A DNA stretch of 64,000 nucleotides from Capsulimonadaceae bacterium (GCA_965215505.1 OZ244065.1:4768001-4832000); one strand, 5' to 3'; positions 1-9,587 are shown, counted from the first letter of the stretch. Numbers and translations: made by a program. The notes: generated from the letters alone by a model not told the origin.

Positions 1-606
1 CACGGCGACGACGGGCCGGGACACCAGCCCCGCCACCACGCTCGCCAGTGCCCCCTCCATGCCCGCACAGACCACCAGCGCGTGAGCATTCTGAACGGTG
101 TCCAGGCGACCCAGAATCCGGTGCAGGCCGGCAACCCCGACATCGTACAGCCGCTCAATACGGCTCCCGTGCCACTCCAACGTCAGGGCCGCCTCCTCGC
201 CGACCGGCGTGTCCGCCGTCCCCGCCGTCAGCACCGCAACGTAGCGTTCGGGGTTGGCTGGCTTGGGCGGCTCACCCACTGTGATCAGCCGGGGGAGGGT
301 ATGGTACACCGCCTGCGGCAGCACGTCTTTGACCGCCGCGTACTGCGCCGCCGTCGCCCGCGTCGCCAGCACCCGGTCCGAGTGTTCGGTCAGTCGGTGC
401 ATGATCGCCGCCACCTGCTCCTCGGACTTGCCGGGGCAATACACCACTTCGGGCGCTCCCGTCCGCACGGCGCGGTGCGTGTCGAGCTGTGCGAAGTCCC
501 CGACGCTGTCAAACGGCAGCGACCGCAGCCGCTCCAAAGCGTCCGCGACGGCGACCTCACCGCTCTGGACACCCCCCAGCAGCGCGGCCAGGCGATCAAT
601 GTCCAT
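1..606 (-). CDS. larB: Nickel pincer cofactor biosynthesis protein LarB (AIR carboxylase-like), partial, runs off the window
   Basis: Manual translation from ATG at 606: MDIDRLAALL...DTHRAVRTGAPEVVYCPGK...TAGTAD...DVGVAGLHR...AGMEGALASVVAGL, the LarB signature motifs; adjacent to larE. Confidence 0.9.
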   Translation of the reverse strand, partial: MDIDRLAALLGGVQSGEVAVADALERLRSLPFDSVGDFAQLDTHRAVRTGAPEVVYCPGKSEEQVAAIMHRLTEHSDRVLATRATAAQYAAVKDVLPQAVYHTLPRLITVGEPPKPANPERYVAVLTAGTADTPVGEEAALTLEWHGSRIERLYDVGVAGLHRILGRLDTVQNAHALVVCAGMEGALASVVAGLVSRPVVAV

Positions 607-1474
607 GCGTTTCTCCCAGGGCGGCGTTCAGGCTGCCGCTCTTGTACCCGCCCAGCTCGACAGCGACATAGGTGTACCCCAGCGCCTTCAGCCGCTCGCT
701 GACCTGCCCGCGCAGGTTCGGGTCGAGCAGCCGGTTCATCTCGGCAGGGTCCACTTCCAGCCTTGCTATGCTGTCATGGTGCCGGACGCGCACCTGCCGA
801 AAGCCCAGGTCATGCCGCAAATAGTCTTCGGCGGCGTCCAGCCGCGCCAGAAGCTCCGCCGTGATGCGCGTCCCGTAAGGGAACCGCGACGACAGGCAGG
901 CCAGCGCGGGCTTGTCCCAGGTCGCCAGTCCCAGCACTTTGGACAGGTGGCGTATCTCCGCCTTGGTCATCCCGACTTCCAGCAGCGGGGCGCGCGCCCC
1001 GAACTCCTGCGCCGCCGTCTGGCCGGGCCTATAGTCCCCCAGGTCGTCGTGGTTCGCCCCGTAGGCGATCCAGCGGATGCCGCGCTCCTCCGCCACCCGC
1101 GCCAGATGCGTGAACAGCTCGGCCTTGCAGTAGTAGCAGCGGTTGGTCGGGTTGGAAGCGTAGTTTTCGTCTTCCAATTCGCGCGCCTCCACCGTCAGCA
1201 CCGGCACGCCGATGGCCGCCGCCAGAGCCAGGGCGTCGTCGCGCTCGCGCTTCGGATAGGACTCCGACAGGGCGATCACGGCCAATGCCTTGTCCCCCAG
1301 CACGTCGTGGGCGACCCTGGCAAGCAGGGCACTGTCCGCCCCACCCGAGAAGCCGATCACGACCGCCCCCAGCGACCGCAGGTTTTCGCGCAGGGCCTCA
1401 TATTTCTCTTCCAGCGTCGGCGTCTCAGGGCCTAGTTCGGCGTTGACGGGCAGAAATCGTGAAAGTGTTTGCAT
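596..1474 (-). CDS. larE: ATP-dependent sacrificial sulfur transferase LarE
   Basis: PP-loop FSGGADS, NPTNRCYYCK, DYRPG, ACLSSRFPYG, QVRVRHH motifs. Confidence 0.92.
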   Translation of the reverse strand: MQTLSRFLPVNAELGPETPTLEEKYEALRENLRSLGAVVIGFSGGADSALLARVAHDVLGDKALAVIALSESYPKRERDDALALAAAIGVPVLTVEARELEDENYASNPTNRCYYCKAELFTHLARVAEERGIRWIAYGANHDDLGDYRPGQTAAQEFGARAPLLEVGMTKAEIRHLSKVLGLATWDKPALACLSSRFPYGTRITAELLARLDAAEDYLRHDLGFRQVRVRHHDSIARLEVDPAEMNRLLDPNLRGQVSERLKALGYTYVAVELGGYKSGSLNAALGETHGH

Positions 1475-1488
1475 GGATGCTCTATCGT

Positions 1489-1513
1489 GTAGGGGCGCGA
1501 TTCATCGCGCCCT
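1489..1513 (+). repeat. GTAGGGGCG-type REP palindrome (related copies at 5172-5196, 12719-12741, 19766-19789 inverted, 19800-19823, 51766-51790, 63471-63494)
   Basis: GTAG tetranucleotide followed by a GGGCG...CGCCCT hairpin, recurring in intergenic regions near gene ends. Confidence 0.75.
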
Positions 1514-1545
1514 CTTCTCCGCCCGGCCCTCTTCTCCGCCCGGCT

Positions 1546-2595
1546 CTACTCCCCCAGCGAGGCCATGTCAATGACGAATCGGTACTTGACGTCGTTCTTG
1601 AGCATCCGCTCATACGCCTCGTTTATCTTGCTGATGGGCGTCATCTCGATGTCGCTGACGATCCCGTGTTCGGCGCAGTAGTCCAGCATCTCCTGCGTCT
1701 CCTGGATGCCGCCGATGTTCGAGCCGGCCAGCGAGCGCCGCTTGCCCGCCAGCGGGAAGGCCGAAACCTGGGCCGGGTTCTCCGGCAGGCCCACCAGGAC
1801 CATGCTGCCGTCGCGCCGGAGCAGCGAAAGGTACATGTTCAGGTCGTGCGGGGCCGAAACCGTGTCCAGGATAAAGTGGAACGTGCCCGCCAGCGCCTTC
1901 AGCGCCTCCGGGTCCCGCGTCAGCACTACCTCGTCTGCCCCCAGCCGCCGCGCGTCTTCTTCCTTGCCCGGCGAGGTCGTGAACTGCGTGACCTGTGCGC
2001 CGAACGAGTGGGCGAACTTCAGGGCCATGTGCCCCAGCCCGCCCAGGCCGACGACGCCGACCTTCTGGCCCGGCTGGATGTTCCAATGCTTCATCGGGGA
2101 GTAGGTCGTGATCCCCGCGCACAGCAGCGGCGCGGTCGCGGCCAGGTCCAGCTTGGGCGAGATCTTCAGCGCAAAGGCTTCACTGACGACGATATTGTCC
2201 GAATAGCCTCCATACGTCGGCGTCCCGTCCGGGAAGCGGCTGTTATAGGTGAAAACGGTTTTGCTGCGGTCGCAGTACTGCTCCAGGCCGGCCTGACAGC
2301 TCTCGCACTCCCGGCAGCTATCCACCATGCACCCGACCCCGGCCAGGTCGCCGACCGCGAACTTCGTGACACCCGCACCCACCTGTGCGACCTGCCCGAC
2401 GATTTCGTGGCCCGGAACCATCGGGTAGATGGACCCGCCCCACTCGTCGCGCACCTGATGGATGTCCGAGTGGCAGACCCCGCAGAACAGGATCTCGATG
2501 CGGATGTCGTCCGCCCCCAGCTCGCGCCGCTCGAATTCGAACGGCCCCACTTGCCCCGTCGCGTTCTGCGCGGCGTAGCCCATTGTCTTGGTCAT
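1546..2595 (-). CDS. NAD(P)-dependent zinc alcohol dehydrogenase (cinnamyl alcohol dehydrogenase/YahK family)
   Basis: CGVCHSD, GHEIVG, CxxCxxC structural Zn site, GLGGLG, C-terminal DVKYRFVID. Confidence 0.93.
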   Translation of the reverse strand: MTKTMGYAAQNATGQVGPFEFERRELGADDIRIEILFCGVCHSDIHQVRDEWGGSIYPMVPGHEIVGQVAQVGAGVTKFAVGDLAGVGCMVDSCRECESCQAGLEQYCDRSKTVFTYNSRFPDGTPTYGGYSDNIVVSEAFALKISPKLDLAATAPLLCAGITTYSPMKHWNIQPGQKVGVVGLGGLGHMALKFAHSFGAQVTQFTTSPGKEEDARRLGADEVVLTRDPEALKALAGTFHFILDTVSAPHDLNMYLSLLRRDGSMVLVGLPENPAQVSAFPLAGKRRSLAGSNIGGIQETQEMLDYCAEHGIVSDIEMTPISKINEAYERMLKNDVKYRFVIDMASLGE

Positions 2596-2621
2596 AAAAC
2601 TTCCTTCTGTTCGCGTCTACG

Positions 2622-3932
2622 TCAGCCCGGAACCACGATCTCTTTCTCTTTCGGAATCGCCGCCAGTGTTTCGCGGCTCAGGTCCAGATGCTGCATCACC
2701 AGAGCGGGCGGCGTGTGCGACAGCCACTCCGAGAGCGCGATGTCCTGATAGCGGTCGCTCTTGAACATCTCCAAGTAGATCAGGTCCGTGTCGCCGGTGT
2801 TCTCGATATAATGGCCCATCGTCTTCGGCGCGTACCCGACATCCCCGGCATTGAAGTTCATCGTCCGCGCCTTCGCCCCCGTCATGAACAGCGTCATCCG
2901 GCCCTTGCCCTGAATGTAGTACTGCCACTCGTCGGCATTCGGGTGCCAGTGCAATTCGCGCAGCGCGCCCGGCTTGACGACGACATGGGCGGCGGCGATA
3001 GTCGTAGAAACGGGGAAGTTGCGCGAATCGATGATGCGGACCTCACCGCCCCCCGTCGTCTTGGTCGCCGCCATCGCGTGCATCGGGAAATCAAACGACG
3101 CCGGGGACGGCCCCCGCGACCCCGACACCGCCCGCCTGTCCTCGGCCAGCGGGCCGGGAAGCGCGGCAGGGAAGATGTACCGTTCCGCCTTCGGCATGTT
3201 CGCCAGGGCGCGCTCGGGGACGCCCCAGTTCTTCGCCAGCACCTCTTTGGGCGTGTGCGCCGCCCATTCCGAGAGCAGGGTCGTGTCGAACTCGGAGAAC
3301 TCGCCGTCGTCGAAGACCAGCAGGAACTCGCACCCGTCCGGCCCCAGGCCCTGAATCGAGTGCGGGATGCCCGCCGGGAAGTACCACAGGTCGTTCTTCA
3401 CCACGTCGTTGACATACGAGCGGCCGTCCGCGTCAACCGCCGTCAGCCGGGCGCTCCCCGACAACATGAGGGACCACTCCCCGGCCTGATGCCAGTGCAG
3501 CTCGCGCACCCCGCCCGCTATCAGACGCATGTTGACGCCCGCGATGTCTTTAGAGATCGGCAGGTCCTTGACGTTCACCTGCCGCGCCCACCCGCCCTCC
3601 TGGATGCGCCGGTGGGCCAGCGCGAACGAGTACCAGAAGGTCGGAACGTCCCCGTGGTCGGTGGGGGGAGGCATGACGGAAGAAGGGTTCTGCGCGGCCA
3701 CCGGCGCGTTCTCCGGCCCGGCGTCGCTCGCGCTCCGGTCCCGCTCGGCCTGCGAAACCTCGGCGGCGGAGGGCGTCTGCGCCCCGACCCGCCCCCCCGC
3801 CAGGGCCGCCGCCGCAAGCGCCGCCGACCCCGCCCCCAGGAACCCGCGCCGCGAGATCATCGCGGACGGTCCTTGCCGTTCCTCCCCCGCCGGAGCATCC
3901 CGCTCCGGCATCCCTTCCGTCGTCTCAGGCAT
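2622..3932 (-). CDS. Oxalate decarboxylase-family bicupin with Tat signal (start 3932 or 3860)
   Basis: Two cupin motifs RELHWHQAGEW and RELHWHPNADEW, GGWARQV; N-terminal SRRGFL. Confidence 0.88.
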   Translation of the reverse strand: MPETTEGMPERDAPAGEERQGPSAMISRRGFLGAGSAALAAAALAGGRVGAQTPSAAEVSQAERDRSASDAGPENAPVAAQNPSSVMPPPTDHGDVPTFWYSFALAHRRIQEGGWARQVNVKDLPISKDIAGVNMRLIAGGVRELHWHQAGEWSLMLSGSARLTAVDADGRSYVNDVVKNDLWYFPAGIPHSIQGLGPDGCEFLLVFDDGEFSEFDTTLLSEWAAHTPKEVLAKNWGVPERALANMPKAERYIFPAALPGPLAEDRRAVSGSRGPSPASFDFPMHAMAATKTTGGGEVRIIDSRNFPVSTTIAAAHVVVKPGALRELHWHPNADEWQYYIQGKGRMTLFMTGAKARTMNFNAGDVGYAPKTMGHYIENTGDTDLIYLEMFKSDRYQDIALSEWLSHTPPALVMQHLDLSRETLAAIPKEKEIVVPG

Positions 3933-4039
3933 CGCAGACTTTCTATTCTTTGGGATTTCCCCCCATGTCTTACCCGGCGGTTCGGGGGCGGAAACATTGG
4001 GTAGAAAATACCAGAGACAGACAGGAACGAGGCTAATCC

Positions 4040-5122
4040 ATGGACACGACACGACGAGACTTGTTGAAGACCGGGGCCGCAATCGCCGGCACGGCGGCGG
4101 GCCTTGCCCTCGCCGGCGGCGCGCTCGCCCAGGGCGCACAGACGGACGTTGCGCCCGAAACCGCCGCCCCCGCCATGCCGCCGACTCCCCCCAGCACCCG
4201 CAAGGGCGACATGCCCTACCGCACCCTGGGGCGCACCGGCGCGGAGGTCTCCATCGTCGGCATGGGCGGCTTCCACATCGGCAAGCCGGACATGGACGCC
4301 GAGGGCATCAAGCTGATCCACTCCGGCATCGACCGGGGCATCAACTTCATGGACAACTCCTGGGACTACAACAACGGCAACAGCGAGGTCCGCATGGGCA
4401 AGGCGCTGGCCCAAGGGGGCTACCGCCAAAAAGTGTTCCTAATGACCAAGATAGACGGCCGCACGGCGGCCTCGTTCAACAGCCAGTTAGAGCAGTCTTT
4501 GACCCGCCTCCAGACCGACCATGTGGACCTGGTCCAGTTCCACGAGGTCATCCGCATGGAGGACCCCGACCGCATCTTCGCCAAAGGCGGCGCGCTCGAA
4601 GCCGCCGTCGCCGCCCGTCAGGCCGGCAAGGTCCGCCACATCGGGTTCACCGGCCACAAGGACCCGCTCGTCCACCGACGCATGCTGGAAGTGGCCGACA
4701 AGCACGGCTTCCAGTTCGACACCGTCCAGATGCCCGTCAACGTCATGGACGCCCACTTCCGCTCGTTCACCCATCAGGTCCTGCCGCTGGCCGTCCAGAA
4801 GAACATCGCCGTCCTCGCCATGAAGACCTTCGGCGACCACTTCATCCTGGACCGCGTCCTTGCCGAGAAGATCGCCACCCCCACCGAGATGCTGCACTAT
4901 TCCATGACCATGCCCGTCGCCGTCGTCATCACCGGCATTGACCGCATGGAGATTCTGGACCAGGCATTGAACGCCGCCAAGACCTTCACCCCCATGAGCC
5001 AGGAGCGCATGGCCTCCCTCCTCGGCCACACCCAGGTCGCCGCCCTCGAAGGCACGACCGAACTGTTCAAGACCTCGCCCCACTTCGACAGCACCGCCCA
5101 GAACCCCGCCTGGCTGGGCTGA
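4040..5122 (+). CDS. Aldo/keto reductase with Tat signal
   Basis: TRRDLLK signal; MPYRTLGRTG, GINFMDNSWDY, MTKID, RLQTDHVDLVQFHE. Confidence 0.88.
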   Translation: MDTTRRDLLKTGAAIAGTAAGLALAGGALAQGAQTDVAPETAAPAMPPTPPSTRKGDMPYRTLGRTGAEVSIVGMGGFHIGKPDMDAEGIKLIHSGIDRGINFMDNSWDYNNGNSEVRMGKALAQGGYRQKVFLMTKIDGRTAASFNSQLEQSLTRLQTDHVDLVQFHEVIRMEDPDRIFAKGGALEAAVAARQAGKVRHIGFTGHKDPLVHRRMLEVADKHGFQFDTVQMPVNVMDAHFRSFTHQVLPLAVQKNIAVLAMKTFGDHFILDRVLAEKIATPTEMLHYSMTMPVAVVITGIDRMEILDQALNAAKTFTPMSQERMASLLGHTQVAALEGTTELFKTSPHFDSTAQNPAWLG

Positions 5123-5129
5123 CAAACAC

Positions 5130-5159
5130 AGCGGCCCGGCCCCAAAAGGCCGGGCCGCT
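5130..5159. terminator. GC-rich hairpin, probable terminator between convergent genes
   Basis: AGCGGCCCGGCC-6 nt-GGCCGGGCCGCT perfect 12-bp stem just after the AKR stop; no clear U-tract. Confidence 0.5.
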
Positions 5160-5229
5160 CACCGCTCGCCCGTAGGGGCGCAATTCATCGCGCCCTCTTC
5201 TCCCGTCCGCGCCCTCCGCCCGGCAGGCT

Positions 5230-5859
5230 CTACGGCAGGCCCTCCCGCCGGACGTGTGCCTCGCGGTAGTCGTTCAAGCGCCCCACGAACTCATCCGACG
5301 TCACCGCCATCAGCCCGTCGTAGATGATCAGCCGCCCCCGCACCCACTCCAGGCGCAGGGCGGCGGCCTTCAGCCAGGGCAGGCGCGGCAGGAACCCCGT
5401 GACGTCCCGGAGCATGAGGAACACCGGGCGCGGCACCGCGCCGCACCGGATCAGGCCGGGCGTGTCCCACGGGTAGGCGCGGGCGAGGTCCGGCCAGGGG
5501 ATGAGGCCGACCTGGTAGAAGGAGGCGTTGTCCACGAGGCCGTCGCGCCGGAATACCACGGCGGGCAGGTCGTCCCGCAGGCAGCGGCCCAGCGACAGCG
5601 CCCACCGCACGATGCACAGGACGCACGGGCAGTAGAAGACCAGGACCACGGCGAGTATGCCCCGCACCACCAGCCCGGACTGACCGTGCAGCACCAGCCC
5701 CTTGTGCAGAGTGCCGGACAGGACGCCGTTGCCGAGGACGTCCAGGATTGCCAGCCCGCCCGCCGACAGGATGACCGCGTGGAGGAACATCAGTCGCAGG
5801 TTTCCCCGGTCAAAAGGGATCGCTACCTCGTCCCCGCTCCTCATGTCCTCGTTTGTCAC
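5230..5859 (-). CDS. Hypothetical membrane protein
   Basis: GTG start after AGGAGG; two hydrophobic segments then GLVDNAS...GLIPWPDL. Confidence 0.6.
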   Translation of the reverse strand: MTNEDMRSGDEVAIPFDRGNLRLMFLHAVILSAGGLAILDVLGNGVLSGTLHKGLVLHGQSGLVVRGILAVVLVFYCPCVLCIVRWALSLGRCLRDDLPAVVFRRDGLVDNASFYQVGLIPWPDLARAYPWDTPGLIRCGAVPRPVFLMLRDVTGFLPRLPWLKAAALRLEWVRGRLIIYDGLMAVTSDEFVGRLNDYREAHVRREGLP

Positions 5860-5887
5860 CGTGAAGCCTCCTGGACTCAGAACATCA

Positions 5888-6100
5888 TCAGGGCGCGGCG
5901 GGGCGAGACATCTGCGACAATACCTCGTTGAGCATCGCACCGTAAATCCTGCCGCTTGGCTCGCCGGATGGCAGCGGCAGACTGTACCGCGTTGCCCGCG
6001 GCCCGACTCTGACGATCACGACCTCCTGCCACCCGGCAGGGCCGCCCCGGTCATCGCAGACTTCGACCAAAATATGGTCGCCGACTTCGTATGGATGCAT
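5888..6100 (-). CDS. Small hypothetical protein
   Basis: ATG at 6100 preceded by GGAG; packs between neighbouring genes. Confidence 0.45.
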   Translation of the reverse strand: MHPYEVGDHILVEVCDDRGGPAGWQEVVIVRVGPRATRYSLPLPSGEPSGRIYGAMLNEVLSQMSRPAAP

Positions 6101-6132
6101 CTCTTGCTCCGAGGACCACGCGCGGGGAGGGG

Positions 6133-6651
6133 TCAGGCCGGCTTCGCGCCAGGCTTGACGACGCGGGCCTTCCCGTCCGTCGTGATCGTCTGCGACAACT
6201 GCGTCTCCCGCCAAACAAGCCACGTCGGCCCGCTTTTCACCCAGACGCTCCGCCAAAGCCCGTCGAAAATCAGGGCGTGCGTCTTGTGGGTGCGGCGGCC
6301 GATGATATGTAAAACCGTATGCTCACGCGACAGAACGACCGCGCCCTTCGATGTGGCCTGGACCGTGAGGATCGTCGGCTCGCTTTCCATGGACTGGGAG
6401 TAGGAGAGCGACCTCCCGAGGTTTTGCTGTGCCTGCCGCTTGTCGTAGACGCCTCCCGAGATGTCGCGGCCCTGGAAGTCGTCCGCGTAGCCTGCCATGT
6501 ACCCCTTGACGTCCCTGTGGACCATCCTCTGCTCGCCCCGATGAACAGCGGCCTGGATCTGTTCTCTGACGCTGCCGACGCCGCCTGAAGCGGCGTGAGA
6601 CGATAACCCCCAAACGGTCAGCGCCACCATCGTCTTGACCACCTTGTGCAT
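6133..6651 (-). CDS. Secreted NTF2-like (DUF4440/SnoaL-like) protein
   Basis: Signal peptide; ...DVKGYMAGYADDF...RSVWVKSGPTWLVWRE pattern typical of NTF2-fold proteins. Confidence 0.65.
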   Translation of the reverse strand: MHKVVKTMVALTVWGLSSHAASGGVGSVREQIQAAVHRGEQRMVHRDVKGYMAGYADDFQGRDISGGVYDKRQAQQNLGRSLSYSQSMESEPTILTVQATSKGAVVLSREHTVLHIIGRRTHKTHALIFDGLWRSVWVKSGPTWLVWRETQLSQTITTDGKARVVKPGAKPA

Positions 6652-6849
6652 CAATCCCCCTCACGATGACAGCCGCCCATCTTCACATTGCGCGCCCGCG
6701 TGAACCAAAGGAAGCGGTTTCCGTTCGCCTGCATGGGCCGGGGGCTTGCCCCGGCACGGAGCGATGAAGACGAGCCACCGGGTCCCCACTGGAAACTCGG
6801 AAGGCTTTAGAACGCCGGACTCCAGGCAAACCCGATGCCTCGCCCTGCG

Positions 6850-6946
6850 GCCTCACAGCGAACCACCCGGCAACACCGTCTGTACAGCCGCGCGGACCCG
6901 CAGGAACAACGGCAGCAGTGGCGTCCGGCGCAGCGCGATGTTAGGC
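6850..6946 (-). repeat. attC site 1 (degenerate core GTGAGGC)
   Basis: GCCTCAC at 6850 ... GTGGCGTCCGGCGCAGCGC ... GTTAGGC at 6940. Confidence 0.7.
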
Positions 6947-6961
6947 CGACACCCGGAAGGC

Positions 6962-7195
6962 TTACTCCTCAACGCCCACGTCAAACGCCTGCGCCCGAAG
7001 CTCCTCCGAGAGTCGGTGGGCCGATGCAAGCGGGACACCCTCCCGGATCACCGTTCTGCCCGCATCCGTGCAGTCCGCCGCCATGTCCACGGCCTCCCGG
7101 ATTGAGCAGGAGAGGTGTTCCCGCAGGGCCTTGACGAGAAGGAGCAGGGGCCGTTCACTGCCGGGCATCCATCCCCGGAGTATGATCTTAGCCAT
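6962..7195 (-). CDS. Cassette ORF, small hypothetical protein (weak L7/L12 C-terminal-like pattern)
   Basis: LVKALREHLSCSIREAVDM; lies between attC2 and attC1. Confidence 0.6.
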   Translation of the reverse strand: MAKIILRGWMPGSERPLLLLVKALREHLSCSIREAVDMAADCTDAGRTVIREGVPLASAHRLSEELRAQAFDVGVEE

Positions 7196-7234
7196 CGTCA
7201 ACACTCCCGGAACACTCCCGGATCATGAGCAGCG

Positions 7235-7332
7235 GCCTGACGGCCGCGCCCTCCGGCGACACCGGCCCGCACAGCCAACCGATCCCACAGAGCAAAAGGA
7301 CAGGTGGCGTCCGGTGCAGCGCCGTGTTAGGC
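7235..7332 (-). repeat. attC site 2 (degenerate core GTCAGGC)
   Basis: GCCTGAC at 7235 ... CAGGTGGCGTCCGGTGCAGCGC ... GTTAGGC at 7326. Confidence 0.8.
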
Positions 7333-7560
7333 TGCTGGCTTGTCAGGCTTACGCCGCTGAAGGATTTTTCGGAGTGCCGTATGATACCCGCAAAAAGTCA
7401 CGGCCCATAAACCGAAATCCAGCCCTAGCTCACCGACATTCAACGGGCCGGAAAGGATATTGTAATGAAAGCCCGCTAACCGTTCTAGTAGCCGTGTAGT
7501 CACATAGGTCGCTACCAAAACAGCCCAGAACTTGCCATCTTGCCAAAACTTGCCGTTCAT
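7327..7560 (-). CDS. Cassette ORF, small membrane protein
   Basis: 77 aa, two hydrophobic segments; TAA stop inside the inverse core of attC2. Confidence 0.7.
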   Translation of the reverse strand: MNGKFWQDGKFWAVLVATYVTTRLLERLAGFHYNILSGPLNVGELGLDFGLWAVTFCGYHTALRKILQRRKPDKPAA

Positions 7561-7600
7561 AGTGATTTGTCTCCGTGCAAGAATAGCCTTTCACCCAGCG

Positions 7601-7698
7601 GTCTAACGGCTGCGCTCACCGGCGACGCCTGATTGCACAGCCGCTCGACCCCGCAGAACACAAGGACAGGTGGCGTCCGGTGCAGCGCTGTGTTAGGC
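7601..7698 (-). repeat. attC site 3
   Basis: GTCTAAC at 7601 ... GCTCACCGGCG ... CGTCCGGTGCAGC ... GTTAGGC at 7692. Confidence 0.88.
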
Positions 7699-7968
7699 CG
7701 CAGACTGGTCACCGTCATCGTGTATCACAGCCATTGGACAGGCAATCAGGGCTTCGTGACACTGACGCTCTTCCTCTTCTGTTTCTGGTTGCTTGTAAAT
7801 GAAATAGCTCCAGGAAACCCCGCCCTCTTCATTGTAACGAAACCCGCCCTCTTCATTGTAACGAAAGTTGTTTGGTGCAAGGTCGGCACAAATGCCATGG
7901 GCCAAGCAGCCTTCACAATCAATCCAATATTTGCCTGCTACGCTTTGCGGGTGCTTTTCGCCTTGCAT
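7693..7968 (-). CDS. Cassette ORF, single-cluster ferredoxin
   Basis: CLAHGIC...ACP (CxxHxxC...CP) and KQPETEEE motif; stop inside attC3 inverse core. Confidence 0.75.
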   Translation of the reverse strand: MQGEKHPQSVAGKYWIDCEGCLAHGICADLAPNNFRYNEEGGFRYNEEGGVSWSYFIYKQPETEEEERQCHEALIACPMAVIHDDGDQSAA

Positions 7969-8003
7969 TCTGTTTTCGCCTCAAGAGAGCCGTTCGCTCT
8001 GCG

Positions 8004-8102
8004 GCCTAACGGGGGCGCTCACCGGCGACACCGCCGCACTCGATTTGCGATACTAGCCACGACACCGGCAGCGGTGGCGTCCGGTGCAGCGCAGTGTTAG
8101 GC
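8004..8102 (-). repeat. attC site 4
   Basis: GCCTAAC at 8004 ... GTTAGGC at 8096 with conserved internal boxes. Confidence 0.9.
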
Positions 8103-8116
8103 CGCTGGTTGTTTCG

Positions 8117-8532
8117 CTACCATGTCAAGAGCATTCCGAGATTGTGGACCCTACACGTCTGGAAGAATATTCGTGTCCCCAGTAGTCAGTGACATCATAC
8201 CAATTGGGATCAGATATATCTGTCTCTGCCTCCATCGGGAAATCCCAACTCGCTTTAAGTTGAAGATGTTGAATGTATGCTGGTGACCAAACTATCTCTC
8301 CTATCACATTCTTTTCGTCGAAGCATACCACCCCGGTTGCCTTCGCCAATACAAGTTGACAGGAAAAACCATCCAAGCTACCTTCCGCGATACAGCAACC
8401 ACACCAACCCGCCAATTGTTTGACCTCGGCAGCCGCCTCCAAAAATATCTGCCGCAAATTGGGATCGGCTATTTGCCCCTGGTTCTTTTCCAGTGATTGC
8501 CCATCTTTTGTTAAGTATGCTTCCCAGCCCAT
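8117..8532 (-). CDS. Cassette ORF, hypothetical protein, probably frameshifted near 8177-8180
   Basis: Track ORF 8125..8532; the alternative frame after ...DYW gives TRIFFQTCRVHNLGMLLTW* (stop 8117-8119), matching the paralogous fragment at 11687-11770. Confidence 0.6.
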
Positions 8533-8574
8533 ATTTATTCCTGTGACCGCCTCAAAAGAGCCTTCAGCCCAGCG

Positions 8575-8673
8575 GCCTAACGGGGGCGCTCACCGGCGAC
8601 ACCTGAATTGCACAGCCAACCGACCCCGCAGAGCCAAAGGACAGGTGGCGTCAGGTGCAGTGCAATGTTAGGC
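8575..8673 (-). repeat. attC site 5
   Basis: GCCTAAC at 8575 ... GTTAGGC at 8667. Confidence 0.9.
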
Positions 8674-8973
8674 CGATTGCCCTGTAGATTTAGGGGTCGG
8701 TTCGCCACTCGATCTTGGCGTGATCCCCTGTAAGACCTGAGCGACAATAAAAAAAGTTACTGCAATGCCAACACGCAAATAAAGAGGGAACGAGTGTGGC
8801 ATACAGTTCATAACGGCGAATATACCGGCGAAGCACGCACCGGCGAGAGACGACAGGATGACAGAGCGCTGGCTACCATCAATGCTGCCGAGCCGCCTTT
8901 GAATCCAGATGCGGAAGAGAAGCATTGGTATACAGACCGCAAGCCAAATCGCCAATTTTTGGGACCATTCCAT
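8668..8973 (-). CDS. Cassette ORF, small three-TM membrane protein
   Basis: MEWSQKLAIWLAVCIPMLLF...; stop inside attC5 inverse core. Confidence 0.7.
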   Translation of the reverse strand: MEWSQKLAIWLAVCIPMLLFRIWIQRRLGSIDGSQRSVILSSLAGACFAGIFAVMNCMPHSFPLYLRVGIAVTFFIVAQVLQGITPRSSGEPTPKSTGQSA

Positions 8974-9049
8974 AATCAACCCCTGCTCAATCCATACTGC
9001 TGTTGATTTCGAGCGGTACGTGGACTTGCCTTTGCCATCGCCGCAAACG

Positions 9050-9149
9050 GCCCAACGGCTGCGCTCACCGGCGGCACCTGAACTGCACAGCCAACCGAAC
9101 TTGCAAAGCAATCCCGACAGGTGGCGTCCGGTGCAGCGCGGTGTTGGGC
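9050..9149 (-). repeat. attC site 6
   Basis: GCCCAAC at 9050 ... GTTGGGC at 9143. Confidence 0.9.
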
Positions 9150-9233
9150 CGTCTGGAAGCGCTACTCCCGATAACGGACCTTATGCAATCTTTAGAACCG
9201 ATGGCGATACGGCATCGGCTACAATGGACTGTG

Positions 9234-9587
9234 CTAGTGGTGATCCACGTCGGCAGCGGCATGATTTCGACCGATGCCCTGCATCGTCCTAGAAGGCTGA
9301 GTGAGAAGCATGCCGACGCCGACAGCCACGAGCATAGCTCCCAGAAGGAGACACCAAGCCCAGTAGGAGAAGGTTTGCCAACGCACCAGTTTCGGGCTGT
9401 CCACCAATGCCCCTTCCCCCGTCTTCTCCAAACCAAAGACCTTCATTTGCCACCGTAAGATCGCCTCTTGGAACCGGAGATTAAGCCGGACAATCACGGG
9501 AGTTAAAAGCAGCACGGCGATTCCTATAACTATTAAGGCAACGCACTCCCATGGAGGCGCAGAGGCTTCAGACACAGAATGAGACAT
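9234..9587 (-). CDS. Cassette ORF, membrane protein
   Basis: MSHSVSEASAPPWECVALIVIGIAVLL...; two hydrophobic segments. Confidence 0.65.
   Translation of the reverse strand: MSHSVSEASAPPWECVALIVIGIAVLLLTPVIVRLNLRFQEAILRWQMKVFGLEKTGEGALVDSPKLVRWQTFSYWAWCLLLGAMLVAVGVGMLLTQPSRTMQGIGRNHAAADVDHH

Noticed and set aside
5230-6849. Three co-oriented small genes left of attC1 as additional cassettes
   Set aside because: Plausibly old cassettes, but no attC remnants could be identified between them.
8974-9111. 5' extensions of track ORFs through attC sites (8668..9111, 9234..9749, 11307..11753)
   Set aside because: They read through non-coding attC palindromes; downstream ATGs inside the cassettes are more plausible starts.
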